Shown here in pieces: positions 23,562 through 38,500 of a DNA stretch of 64,000 nt. A program made the translations under genes and the position numbers. The first letter of the stretch is position 1. Every line of letters starts with the position of its first letter. Under the pieces are notes generated by a model. That model did no database searches, had not been told where the DNA came from, and saw only the letters and a list, made by a program, of their open reading frames with translations. This stretch comes from Antedon mediterranea (taxonomy: Eukaryota > Animalia > Echinodermata): NCBI RefSeq assembly GCF_964355755.1, contig NC_092676.1, positions 4,131,888-4,195,887 on the forward strand, read 5' to 3'.

Positions 23562-26500
23562 GTATGATTCGTTCTTTTAATATTTATCATTTGTAATAGA
23601 TATTATAATATAGTAGGGCATTATAATAATTCATGACCTTTTCTGAATTTGAGGCTAGGTCTAACCATCCTTATTTTACAATATTTATTATTCTATAATG
23701 TTTTATTGAAAATGAAATGAAAATATTTTTTCGAACTAAATATTTTAGCTTTATTATATACGGTACTGTGATCAAATTCTTTAGTTAATGTTGTCAATAG
23801 TTTACCTTTTAATGAACAAATAGTAAAATTTTAATTTCATGAGTTTTTTTTCCATTTGTTCATAAATTAATATTTTGCACTAATTTGTTCACCTTTTGAT
23901 GTATCCACACACTTAAGACCGGTTCACACTGAGCATTTTACACGCGCGTCAAGCGTCAAACCGAAACGATTCGCGACTAAACTTGAAAAAGTTGCCCATG
24001 TTGGGGAGCAACAACTGAAAATATAACATACACTATATACCGCATATATAAGCTGTCTGCGAGCTCATCTATATATAAATTTACGTAAGGGCAAAATTCG
24101 GTAAATCGCGCCTTACTTTTAGAATTTTTACTCGATGGTATATAAAGTTGGTTCGTACTTTCGGTACTGATTTTAACAGCCTGATGTAACCCTGTTTACT
24201 AATTAAATTAAGTTAGATAATTAGTTATTGACGATTAAAACGAATTTAGGTTCAACAATTTGCCCCAAATAGGGGTGTTTTCCGATCGTGGTATACACTG
24301 TCTAATGGATGTCTATCTTGAAAAATACCCGCCACAAAAATGCGAGGAGGCTTCGCATTTTCCTATCTCCTCCTACGATAATTGTTTTTAATAGCTGAAA
24401 ACCGGTTGAACAGCTCGAGTACAGTATCATAATGTTGAAGACAGGCCGATTTTCTCAAAAAAATACTATTTTGATAGAATTAATATACGTTTATGCAAAT
24501 GTATTGATTTGAAATGAATGGAACATTCCAATCTCTGTTCCACAAGTGTCTATTCCCTCAGGCGTCGTAAAGGCAAGTACTGTACACTCATAACAGAAAT
24601 TCGATCCATTTTTTTTTTCAATCTGTGCTGCAGAGGTTGGATATAGATATTTTTTAACGGATAATGAGCTAGCGTTTTCAGTCGCCGTATATTATGTACA
24701 AATCTTTATTATTGCAGTTAAACCACCCACGTGACAGCATCACCCTTCCCCCACTGGCATGAGTAGCGTTGTAAAGCCAGTAGAGGATAGGCCTACGGTG
24801 CATCACATGCCCTAAACGCAGAACAACTTTGGTGGGTAGGGTTAGGAACCAACTTAAGTATGAATTGGCTCTAAGAAACAATTGAAACCCATTAGGCCTA
24901 CTAATTAAGTTGAGTTAGATAATTTAATATTTATTACTCGAATTTATGATTTGCCACGAATAGGTGTGGTTTTCACAAATTGTTTTACATTATATAAACA
25001 TATTATACACGTAGTAGTGATGTATCGTTACATGTACTATACTATTTCAATCGACTAGGACGGTGATAGTTTCAACAAAGTATTACATCGCAATGTTTTA
25101 CTGTGTTTAGTGGTATATTATTTGTAAAACATGAAAACAATTAATATTTCGTTACTACATGGATAAAGAATATATTTAAAAATTGTTCCTCTTTGCACCC
25201 ATCCTCTTTCCCATCCCTCAACCCTAATGTTACATACAAAACACAAATTAAGTTTGTTTAAATTTGACTTAAACAATTGGTCTCATTTTGTGACAAGTTT
25301 CTCTTTCGGAAGTAATTCCAAGGGTGCTAATTTTAGTTCAGTACATAAATCACAGTGTTTATTTATTCGTTCCTGTAAACGACATGTATTATTGTCCTGC
25401 GGTACGTACATTTGAAATCGCCAGTTTTTTAACGCTGAAATTATTATGTATTCGAGAACCATCTGTGGGCACGACCTAGATGGTACGCGAGCGAAGCGAG
25501 CGTACCATCTAGTTTCATAAATTTGTCAAAACACATTAAAGTATTATTGTATTTCCCAGAATATATAACATTTTATCGTTATTGTTATTGGTGCAGAATA
25601 TTTCCCACACATCTAACTCATTATGCTAAATTAAATCTTGTGTTTTTATTTGTTCTTCTCTTATACATTACAATGCATCTCAACTGAATATAAAGTGAGA
25701 TATGTCCTCTATGTTACCACATTTCCATAATGTAGATAATTTTCCTCGGTCCATTTTCTTAATAATTTAAAGGTATATCAAGTTTTCAAGTTCAAGTTCA
25801 AGTTTATTGTTTCACACAATACAATACAATAGAACAGTAACATAAATTAATAAAAACAATTGTGTGAGGAGGACGCATTAAGCCAAGGCTTTAAGTTTGG
25901 TCCTCCAGATAATTAACGTAGCAGATGTACGGGTGAGACGGGTGGGTCTGTCTATTACGGGAAATAAATTAGCTGAATATATACAATTTAAAAAATCTGA
26001 TGTTAGTGTATGGGAACTGAATTTAAGCAAATCAATATTAAAATCTCCACAAGCATAAAAACTTTTTTTTCTGTGTTGATTACTTCAAATAATAGTGATA
26101 TGTTTTCATTAAAAGTTTTTATGGATTTTTCTGGTGGTCGGTATATTACTGAGAAAATATAATTTTTTGGTTTTAATTCTATTTCAATGCAGATATTTTC
26201 AGCTTCATTATTAATTAAAGAACTCAAATCATCTCTCATTCTAAAATTAATATCATCCATAATATAAAGACAGACGCCACCACCTTTCTTATCTACTCTA
26301 TCACAATAAATTAATGTATAACCAGGAATGTTATATAAAGTATGTACAGTATTTGAACTAAACCAGGTCTCAGTGAAACATAATATATTAAATTTGTGAT
26401 TAAGAGTTTCAAGATATTCAGTTATTTCAGTAAAGTTTTTTACCAGGCTACGTGAATTAAAATGAATAAAACTAAAATTGTTATTAATATTTTCAATTGA

Positions 26501-29500
26501 ACTATTAAAGTTATCGCTGAGATGATATCTACATGTAGAAGGAATGGATGTATTTACGTCAAAAGGGTTAATACTTAATGAATTTAGATGATCAAAATCA
26601 ACAAATTGGTTTACGTGAAATTGTTTTATTTCATGTAAAAACTCATCATCATTGAGTATATGATTAAACGGAAGTAGAGAAATATTACATGACGTACAGT
26701 ATTATTATTATTATTATTATTCACTTTTATTTCAAATATCAAAAAATTGACCAAAATTACAACTCGTGGCTAAGAGCCAAATTGCGTGTAAAATACATGT
26801 CATATCAAAAATATAAATATATATAAAAAAAATGAAAAAAAAAAACAACAAAGAAGGGGAGAGCAGTCGCAAGCGAGCAGGGGAGAAAATTAAGAATTTA
26901 GTAATTTGATGAAGTAGGGTATAGGGCTATTGGTAAATCTGGATGTTTTAGACGCTAGCTGGGTAATTTTGTTTTTATTTCTTAAATTCCTACCATGACA
27001 GCTATGTCTGGTCGGTGGGATTAAATCAGCTGTTTGTTTAATTTTGGGGAGATACTCAGCGAACTTGCGACAATGCTCCACCCTTCTTTGAGCCAAAGTC
27101 TCTAATTTAAGAAAATCAAGGGCACCAGAGTAAGAAAAGTAATCATTGCCTAACATAATACGGCAAGCCCTCTTTTGAACATTTTCAATACAATCGCTTA
27201 ATCTACTAGACAGGCCAGAATGCCAAACAACATCAGCATACTCAACAACTGGTCTAATGTAACCACAAAAGGTCAATTTAAGCTCTTCAATGTTAAAACC
27301 AAATCGTTTTAGAGATCGTAAAAAGAAAAGTTTCCTGGAAGCTTTAGTGATGATGGAATCAATATGACAGTCCCATTTAAGGTTGTCTTGAAAAAAAAAC
27401 TCCCAGGATCTTGGCTTTATTAACATATTGGAGCTTATCAGTTCCCAAGTGTATGTCAACGTGTGAAGGTTGGGTAGAACTGAAACACACCTTAAGGGCT
27501 TGACATTTTTTGGGGTTAAGCACTAAACAGTTGTTGTTACACCAGCGGAAAAAAGAATTAGGATCATCTTGTAAAAAAACAGGCAATGAGAGCTTACGAT
27601 TTTCACAAAATGTAAGATCATCTACATATTTCAGATACTTAGTTTTAGCATTTGTACCAGCATCGTTGATCATGATCTGGAAACATAAAGGGCCTAACTT
27701 GGTTCCCTGTGGGACACCAGCTTTTAAGTAAGAGTAATTAGATTAGGTACCATTATATTTAACACACTGCATACGCATAAAAAGAAAATCACACAACCAT
27801 GGTACCAAAGCCCCCCTGACACCAATATCAATGATCTTATTAACAATGATGGTATGGTCGATAAGATCAAAGGCCTTGGAGAAATCAGTAAGAACCATGG
27901 TACCAACATTGTGCTTATTCTCAGCACCTTGACAGAGATAATGCACCAAGTGGGTCAGGTAATGAGCAGTAGACAAACCCTTAACATTTCCAAACTGGTT
28001 AACATCGATTTTTGAACTTATATCTTGTAAGATCCAGTCAGTGATAAACTCCTCAGCTACTTTGGCAAACACAGAAGTAATGGAGATAGGTCTGAGTTTG
28101 TCAATAGTAGGAGGCTGAACCTTGGGCACAGGGACTACAACTGCCTTTTTCCACTGAGAAGGGACAATGCCTTCAGAAAAAGAACAGTTGAGTATATCAC
28201 AAAGTGGTTCACAAAACTCCATGGCAAATAATTTAACAGGCCTTGTTTTCTTTAATAGATCTTAATTTTTTATAAATATCCCAAGGATAAAGTTTAGGTG
28301 CAGGTTTGTCAGAGGGAAGGAATGCAGGGAGTTGGGTTTTATTTAGAAAAGGGATGTGAGCACTAATGTTAGTAAACAAGTCATTGATGACATTAGCAAT
28401 GGATTTATGATCCAATGGAGAGATTTAAGGAACTGGTATATTGAGATCAATTTTCTTAGTGTTTGTCATAACTCTGACCTGTTGGTGCCATTTACCTGGG
28501 TCAGTTTTTTGCAGGTGTCTAACTCTATCTACATTAAATTTTACTTTAGATTTAATGATTTCCCTCTTGACTTTGTTTCTGCAAGCTTTCCAATGGGTTA
28601 AGTTATTGGATTTAAACGCTTTTTGGCGTTCAGAAATAGAATTTCTGATATTTTGTGTTAGCCAAGGTTTATCAGTATTGTGCGTTTTAATATTTTTCAA
28701 CGGGAAAAACTTATTAATAGCAGTGATCAGTTTGTAATAGAAAGCATCAACTTTACTCTGTGTAGACATGCAGCTATAAATATCATTCCAATTCTGAGAT
28801 ACAATCCAGGTGCCAAACGATCTTATTCTGGTATCATATAAGGGACGAACACTTATAGATCAGTACCATTCTGGTTCTATGGAAAAACATTGGGCATGTG
28901 CGTACCCATTACATAATGCACATCTGTTTAGATTAATATCGCCACTCATGAGAGCGTTTCTGCATACAATACAAATCATATTAATAAGAAATTGTTTTTA
29001 GAAAATATAGTGTTCGTTTTGTCTCAAGGGACATAATATATTCATAAAAGTATATTGCCATGCACAACAAGTAATAATAAATACATATACATATATAATA
29101 AAAATAAACGACGAAAATAGAAAAAAAAGGTAATATGCCTTTAATATGTAAATTTAAAAATTCCAAACTTCTAATGGAGTAAATTTTTAAAAAGTGTTGC
29201 ATTTGTAATCTGCAAGGAAAAGTAAAAAAAAACAGTTATTTAATAAACAATGGTATCAGAGTCTACTCTCGTCTACGTTTAACCGAATGTGATAAAAGAA
29301 AATATCTTTTAAATTATTATGTGGAGAAAAAGCTACTAAATAAATAATGTTAGTTATAAAATAATAATAATAACGTTAGGTTTGACTGTCCTGCAACTTC
29401 CGTTTATGTACAAGTTGCCATTTCTGAAGGACGGCCTTTTCCCCTCTCTATAAGCTATGGCCATTGTGTCTTTCAGGCTTCGTTTTTTAATTAGGTCCGC

Positions 29501-32500
29501 CTCACAGAGATCATCGATGACATATATGTTACTGCTTTTTAGTGATGACTTCGACTTGGAGAGAACTTGATGTCGCTGGGGACGATATATGAACTTGGCG
29601 ATGATATGCCTGGGCTTGTCGTTAGGTCCTCGCGGCTTACCGGACCGGTGCGCATTTTCTATTTTAACATTAGGAATGCATAACTCATTTTCAATCAGGT
29701 CTGTGATTTTCTGGACTGTATTTTCATTGATTTCTTCCGGTAAGCCACCAAATCGCAAATTAAAAGACCTTGAATAGCGTTCAAGCTTGTTCAGTTGATT
29801 TTGTACCGATAAGCACTTTGATTTTTCAGCTTCAACAGTAGGTGATACGCCTTTAAGCTCTGTAGTTACATTTTTCATTTTGATTTCCATTTCTGATATC
29901 GTACTGCTAACAAATTCAATTGATGTTTCAAGTTGAGTTTGTTTGTTTTCAATTTTGTCTATCCTTCCAAGTATGGTATTCTGATTTGTTAGGACCGTGT
30001 CCAGCTGGTTACGTATACCAAACAATTCTCTTGCTATTGTTGAATTTCGCGCCTCAGTGCTTCCGTGCTGGTCGCATCGGCTGCTTCAAGCACAGGGGGC
30101 GACTCCAGTGATTGTTGGCCTACGTCTGATGTTTTTTGGATTTCGCGCCTCCTGCTGGTCGCATCGGCTGCTTCAAGCACAGGGGGCGACTCCAGTGATT
30201 GTTGGCCTACGTCTGATGTTTTTTGGATTTCGCGCCTCAGTGCTTCCGTGCTGGGCGCCTCGGCTGCTTCAAGCACCGGGGGCGACTCCTGTGATTTTGC
30301 GCCTACGTCTGTTGGCTTTTTTTTTTCCCATTTTGAGTGCTTGATTTCTCTATTAAAGTCAGATTCAATTTGTTAAATGCACTTACAGTTTTTTTTACGG
30401 TTTATTTGTCCAACGTTGTATTAGTGTAGCATGTATCTATATTATAAGTGAGAGAGTTTGTCTGTCTGTCTGTTTGTTTGTTTGTTTGTTTGTTCGTTAT
30501 ACAAATTTTTGTTACTGCACGTAATCTTACATATGGGGTATCAAAATGACCGCAATTGTACCGGGAATGTTCTAAGCTATATTTCAACATCATCCGCCAC
30601 CTAGGATCCATGTTAGGGACCAAAATGTGGTCAAAACCCCCACTTTCGATGTTTGTTCGTTATACAAATTTCTGTTTCTGCACGTAACCATACGTATGGG
30701 GTATCAAAATGATGGCAATTGTACCCGGAAGGTTTTAAACTACATTAAAAAAAAATTCCCCCCGACTCCTGGGGTTTTTGTGGGAGAGGTGGGTGGTGTG
30801 GTGGTTTGTGATGTCACATTTTTGCTAGGGCTCGGGGTTGTAGGCTATCGAATTGTAAAATATATACTACAAAAGTTTTACAGTATTTGAATTATCCTCA
30901 GCAAGGCGTTTGGGGAAATATAGATATAGATATACATATTTTATTCATTAACCAATATGACACCTATTCAATTACACATTTAGCAAAGTACTTTAACCAT
31001 ATCCAGCTATGTATCGGTCTCTTGGATTGTCTCATTACAGACATCCATACCTGTGTGAACATACACATGATGTTTACTGTTACTGTGTTCAACTACATCA
31101 CCAATCCTCCAAGAAAAAAACGTCAATTGTGGGAGAGTGGGGTTGGGAGATAGGGTTTGGGTTCAGGGGATTTTGCTTACACCAGAATTGTGGTTGGAAA
31201 ATGTTAAAGTATTTAATCATCCCTGGAAGCAGATGGGAGTTTGGGGTGGGGATGTAGGCCTATCACCATGACCGAAACTGTATTTGGAATGTTTTAAACT
31301 ACATTTGAAAACTGCCACTGAGGGATTATGGGTTGGGAGTGATAATAACATAATTTGTACTGGGGTGTAGTGTAGTAGGGGGAGGAGGAGCGAAAATACT
31401 AGCGTAATGAAGTAGCCTATATGATTGGATTGTACTAGGAAAAGTTACTAAATTTGAACTGTCCAGGGGAGGAGTTAAGGTTTGTTGATGGTGGCTGGGG
31501 TGGTGAAAGGAGAAAGAAGGCTGGGGGACCGCAGTATCTAAATTACATATTTTAATTATCATCCAATATGACACCTATTCATTTACACAATTTACAACGT
31601 ACCATTTAACCATTATTAGACCCATCGTAGCTATGCATACTCCTCTCAATTCGAAGCTTAGGTTGAATTGAATTTGTCCATCACTGGGAAGAATTTGTTT
31701 TTAAGAAAGAGTATGGGGTGTTATTGAAGAGGGGTGGAGGTTGGCGAGTATAGACAGATACTGGCGTCGGGTGTTATGTACTGAGAAGGCTGTAAACTAA
31801 TTTTGAAACCCGCCCTGGGGCGGGTATAATTGCTAGTTATTTATATATTAGACGGAGCAAACTATCCACGTCTGTTCACTCACGTAGCATCTTATTACTT
31901 TTTAATATATAGTATTGGAACGAACTTCACATTTAAGACGATAATATTTGTTTTATCAAAAGATAAGGCTTCAATTTTAATTTCACATACAAATTGTTGA
32001 TTACCTAAAATATTTTGTTTTAGTAAATTAAACCAACATATGGTTCGAATGTTAGTAACAAGCGAATTTATAGGCGCAGAGGCTCCGCAAGTTCCGCATT
32101 CTCCGCGTTTGGAGTTGAAAATCGACTGACGCTTGTCACATTCGATTTCATGTTCCCTCTGATGATATTGTTTTTGGAATTTTACGTGTGTCACTTCGCG
32201 TGTAGATTGTTCAGTGCGTGCACAATACGTAGCAATATGGAGCTTTGATTTGCAACGACCCAATTAGGTCAGGTCAATCGATGTGTCATCGATCGCCGCC
32301 TGGACCTACAAACCATTATAATGTGTGTAGAGGTGGAGAGCGGGGAAACACGTCCCAATTTCCCCGCATGGGTACAATGAATAAAATAACATCATTTCGT
32401 CGTCGGTCGTCGTATAGCTCCCTATACGCTCGCAAAGACAGAACTTTTAATATTACAAGAGAAACGGAGACAATGGCTACTATTATGAAGCTAATTTACA

Positions 32501-35500
32501 TAATATTAAAGTTAAGGTAATACAATTAACATTTTCCTTTCCTTGACATAATTTCATTAAACATCCACATACAGTACAACTCTTCTTAACAACATTTTTT
32601 TCAATCTTCTATCAACTAAAAGTCGTAGTTAGTCATGTCTCGGGTCACATTCTATGGTCACCGTACAGATAGGCTACTACATCAGTACTTCTATGACTGG
32701 ATGACTAGTTGGTGAGAAGAACGCTAGTTGGTCATACCCAGTACCGTTTTGATTTTACGATCATTCGGGAAACCACCTCACGACGATACTATTATTAAAA
32801 TATAACACTCTCTTTTCGTTAGAGTAATACAATTAACATTTTCCTTTCCAAATTTCAACTTCGTATTATCACATACGATTGTTAGGTCACACTTTATAAG
32901 ATTTGACTGGTTTTAATCGCCGGACATTGCTTCCATTTTGTATGCGTATTATCACATACGATTGTTAGGTTACACTTTATAAGATTTGACTGGTTTTAAT
33001 CGCTGGACATCACTTCCATTTTGTATGCGTATTATCACATACGATTGTTAGGTCACACTTTATAAGATTTGACTGGTTTTGATCGCCGGACATCACTTCC
33101 ATTTTGTATGCGTATTATCACATACGATTGTTACGTCACACGTTATAAGATTTGACTGGTTTTAATCGCCGGACATCGCTTCCATTTTGTATGCGTATTA
33201 TCACATACGATTATTACGTCACACTTTATAAGATTTGACTGGTTTTAATCGCCGGACATAACTTCCATTTTGTATGCGTATTGTTTTGATCGCCGGACAT
33301 CACTTCCATTTTGTATGCGTATTATTACATACGATTGTTACGTCGCACTTTATAAGATTTGACTGGTTTTGATCGCCGGACATCACTTCCATTCTGTATG
33401 CGTATTATCACATACGATTGTTACGTCGCACTTTATAAGATTTGACTGGTTTTGATCGCCGGACATCGCTTCCATTTTGTATGCGTAATATCACATACGA
33501 TTGTTACGTCACACTTTATAAGATTAGGCTGGTTTTAATCGCCGGACATCGCTTCCATTTTGTATGCGTATTACCACATACAATTGTTACGTCACACTTT
33601 ATAAGATTAGGCTGGTTTTAATCGCCAGACGTCACTTCCATTTTGTATGCGTATTATCACATACGATTGTTACGTCACACTTTATAAGATTAGGCGGATT
33701 TTAATCGCCGGACATCGCTTCCATTTTGTATGCGTATTACCACATACAATTGTTACGTCACACTTTATAAGATTAGGCTGGTTTTAATCGCCAGACGTCA
33801 CTTCCATTTTGTATGCGTATTATCACATACGATTGTTACGTCACACTTTATAAGATTAGGCTGATTTTAATCGCCAGACGTCACTTCCATTTTGTATGCG
33901 TATTATCACATACGATTGTTACGTCACACTTTCTAAGATTAGGCTGGTTTTAATCGACGGACATCGCTTATATATATAAACTTTATTTAGACACGAGACT
34001 GATGTGCAGTACAACTCGTTCAATCAATATTGATTGTTTTTACACAAGTTCGTGAAACTGTATTACAAAACAAAAAAAAATCAACACCATATAAATACAA
34101 CAGAAACGAAAAAAATTGAAATTGAAAAGAAACAAAATTACAGCAGAATCCCCTTCATCTGACAACTCTATTTAGGGTACACCATACCGGTACTTCCCGT
34201 GTAAACGGAAACCCTTATCGAAGTGTAGAATTCATGGGGATTCAACTGTAATACATAATAAATCTTTTGGATTTCATTTACCTTAAAATAATAGTGATAA
34301 AACACACATTTTACATAGTATTTAGCCATTTTAAAAGTTGGATGTAGATCGTAGATTACCATACCATTATGTTTTAAAATGCATTTTTCAGATACGTTTT
34401 AAACAACTTCCATTTTGTATGCGTATTATCACATACGATTGTTACGTCGCACTTTATAAGATTTGGCTGGTTTTGATCGCCGGACATCACTTCCATTTTG
34501 TATGCGTATTATCACATACGATTGTTACGTCACACTTTATAAGATTTGACTGGTTTTAATCGCCAGACATCGCTTCCATTTTGTATGCGTATTATCACAT
34601 ACGATTGTTACGTCACACTTTATAAGATTTGAATGGTTTTGATCGCCGGACATCACTTCCATTTTGTATGCGTATTATCACATACGATTGCTACGTCGCA
34701 CTTTATAAGATTTGAATGGTTTTGATCGCCGTACATAACTTCAATTTTGTATGCGTATTATCACATACGATTGCTACGTCGCACTTTATAAGATTTGACT
34801 GGTTTTAATCGCCGGACATCGCTTCCATTTTCGTTGCATAGTATACATACGATTGTTACGTCACACTTTATAAGATTTGACTGGTTTTGATAGGCGGACA
34901 TCGCCTCCATTTTCGTTGCATAGTATCACATACGATTGTTACGTAGCACTTTATCAGATTAGGTAGGTTTTAATCGCCAGTCATCGCTTCCATTTTCGTA
35001 GCATAGTATACATACGATTGTTACGTAGCACTTTATAAGATTTGACTGGTTTTAATCGCCGGAAATCACTTCCATTTTGTATGCGTATTATCACATACGA
35101 TTGTTATGTCGCACTTTATAAGATTTGACTGGTTATAATCGCCGGACATCACTTCCATTTTGTATGCGTATTATCACATACGATTGTTACGTCACACTTT
35201 ATAAGATTCGGCAGGTTTTGATCGGCGAACATCACTTCCATTTTCGTTGCATAGTATCACATACGATTTTTACGTAGCACTTTATAAGATTCGGCAGGTT
35301 TTGATTGCCGGACATCACTTCCATTTTCGTTGAATAGTATCACATACGATTGTTACGTCACACTTTATAAGATTTGGCTGGGTTTGATCGTCGGACATCG
35401 CTTCCATTTTGTATGCGTATTATCACATACGACTGTTACGTCACGCTTTATAAGATTATCAAGGTTTTGATCGGCGGACATCGCTTCCATTTTCGTTGCA

Positions 35501-38500
35501 TAGTATCACATACGATTGTTACGTCGCACTTTATAAGATTTGACTGGTTTTGATTGCCGGACATCGCTTCCGTTTTCGTTGCATAGTATCACATACGATT
35601 GTTACATATAGCACTTTATAAGATTTGACTGGTTTTGATTGCCGGACATCGCTTCCATTTTCGTTGCATAGTATCACATACGATTGTTACGTAGCACTTT
35701 ATCAGATTTGACTGGTTTTAATCGCCGGACATCGCTTCCATTTTCGTTGCATAGTATCACATACGATTGTTACGTCACACTTTATAAGATTTGACTGGTT
35801 TTAATCGCCGGACATCACTTCCATTTTGTATGCGTATTATCACATACGATTGTTACGTAGCACTTTATAAGATTTGACTGGTTTTAATCGCCGGACATCA
35901 CTTCCATTTTGTATGCGTATTATCACATACGATTGTTATGTCGCATTTTATAAGATTTGACTGGTTTTAATCGCCGGACATCACTTCCATTTTGTATGCG
36001 TATTATCACATACGATTGTTATGTCGCACTTTATAAGATTTGACTGGTTTTAATCGCCGGACATCACTTCCATTTTGTATGCGTATTATCACATACGATT
36101 GTTACGTCACACTTTATAAGATTTGACTGGTTTTAATCGCCGGACATCACTTCCATTTTGTATGCGTATTATCACATACGATTGTTATGTCGCACTTTAT
36201 AAGATTTGGCAGGTTTTGATAGGCGGACATCGCCTCCATTTTCGTTACATAGTATCACATACGATTGTTACGTATAGCACTTTATAAGATTAGGTAGGTT
36301 TTGATCGCCAGTCATCGCTTCCATTTCCGTTGCATAGTATCACATACGATTGTTACGTAGCACTTTATAAGATTTGACTGATTTTAATCGCCGGACATCG
36401 CTTCCATTTTGTATGCGTATTACCACATACAATTGTTACGTCACACTTTATAAGATTAGGCTGGTTTTAATCGCCAGACGTCACTTCCATTTTGTATGCG
36501 TATTATCACATACGATTGTTACGTCACACTTTATAAGATTAGGCTGATTTTAATCGCCAGACGTCACTTCCATTTTGTATGCGTATTATCACATACGATT
36601 GTTACGTCACACTTTCTAAGATTAGGCTGGTTTTAATCGACGGACATCGCTTATATATATAAACTTTATTTAGACACGAGACTGATGTGCAGTACAACTC
36701 GTTCAATCAATATTGATTGTTTTTACACAAGTTCGTGAAACTGTATTACAAAACAAAAAAAAATCAACACCATATAAATACAACAGAAACGAAAAAAATT
36801 GAAATTGAAAAGAAACAAAATTACAGCAGAATCCCCTTCATCTGACAACTCTATTTAGGGTACACCATACCGGTACTTCCCGTGTAAACGGAAACCCTTA
36901 TCGAAGTGTAGAATTCATGGGGATTCAACTGTAATACATAATAAATCTTTTGGATTTCATTTACCTTAAAATAATAGTGATAAAACACACATTTTACATA
37001 GTATTTAGCCATTTTAAAAGTTGGATGTAGATCGTAGATTACCATACCATTATGTTTTAAAATGCATTTTTCAGATACGTTTTAAACAACTTCCATTTTG
37101 TATGCGTATTATCACATACGATTGTTACGTCGCACTTTATAAGATTTGGCTGGTTTTGATCGCCGGACATCACTTCCATTTTGTATGCGTATTATCACAT
37201 ACGATTGTTACGTCACACTTTATAAGATTTGACTGGTTTTAATCGCCAGACATCGCTTCCATTTTGTATGCGTATTATCACATACGATTGTTACGTCACA
37301 CTTTATAAGATTTGAATGGTTTTGATCGCCGGACATCACTTCCATTTTGTATGCGTATTATCACATACGATTGCTACGTCGCACTTTATAAGATTTGAAT
37401 GGTTTTGATCGCCGTACATAACTTCAATTTTGTATGCGTATTATCACATACGATTGCTACGTCGCACTTTATAAGATTTGACTGGTTTTAATCGCTGGAC
37501 ATCGCTTCCATTTTCGTTGCATAGTATACATACGATTGTTACGTCACACTTTATAAGATTTGACTGGTTTTGATAGGCGGACATCGCCTCCATTTTCGTT
37601 GCATAGTATCACATACGATTGTTACGTAGCACTTTATCAGATTAGGTAGGTTTTAATCGCCAGTCATCGCTTCCATTTTCGTAGCATAGTATACATACGA
37701 TTGTTACGTAGCACTTTATAAGATTTGACTGGTTTTAATCGCCGGACATCACTTCCATTTTGTATGCGTATTATCACATACGATTGTTATGTCGCACTTT
37801 ATAAGATTTGACTGGTTATAATCGCCGGACATCACTTCCATTTTGTATGCGTATTATCACATACGATTGTTACGTCACACTTTATAAGATTCGGCAGGTT
37901 TTGATCGGCGAACATCACTTCCATTTTCGTTGCATAGTATCACATACGATTTTTACGTAGCACTTTATAAGATTCGGCAGGTTTTGATTGCCGGACATCA
38001 CTTCCATTTTCGTTGCATAGTATCACATACGATTGTTACGTCACACTTTATAAGATTTGGCTGGGTTTGATCGTCGGACATCGCTTCCATTTTGTATGCG
38101 TATTATCACATACGACTGTTACGTCACGCTTTATAAGATTATCAAGGTTTTGATCGGCGGACATCGCTTCCATTTTCGTTGCATAGTATCACATACGATT
38201 GTTACGTCGCACTTTATAAGATTTGACTGGTTTTGATTGCCGGACATCGCTTCCGTTTTCGTTGCATAGTATCACATACGATTGTTACATATAGCACTTT
38301 ATAAGATTTGACTGGTTTTGATTGCCGGACATCGCTTCCATTTTCGTTGCATAGTATCACATACGATTGTTACGTAGCACTTTATCAGATTTGACTGGTT
38401 TTAATCGCCGGACATCGCTTCCATTTTCGTTGCATAGTATCACATACGATTGTTACGTCACACTTTATAAGATTTGACTGGTTTTAATCGCCGGACATCA

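Larger units (their letters stand above)
25785..30350 (-). mobile_element. CR1/L2-clade LINE (host element): ORF1, PHD-APE start of ORF2, RT deleted, 3' end with (CTTGAA)n tail; interrupted by a second LINE
   Basis: ORF1 29354-30331 (coiled coil plus [17 protein letters not shown]...IENAHR...RHIIAKF). ORF2 starts at 28979 with a PHD finger and resumes at 26696 ([25 protein letters not shown]). 3' AATAAA plus cttgaa repeats at 25785-25808. Confidence 0.85.

Noticed and set aside
26003-30025. Single intact autonomous LINE
   Set aside because: The domain order is wrong (APE downstream of the RT tail), there are frameshifts, and the TSD shows two nested defective elements.
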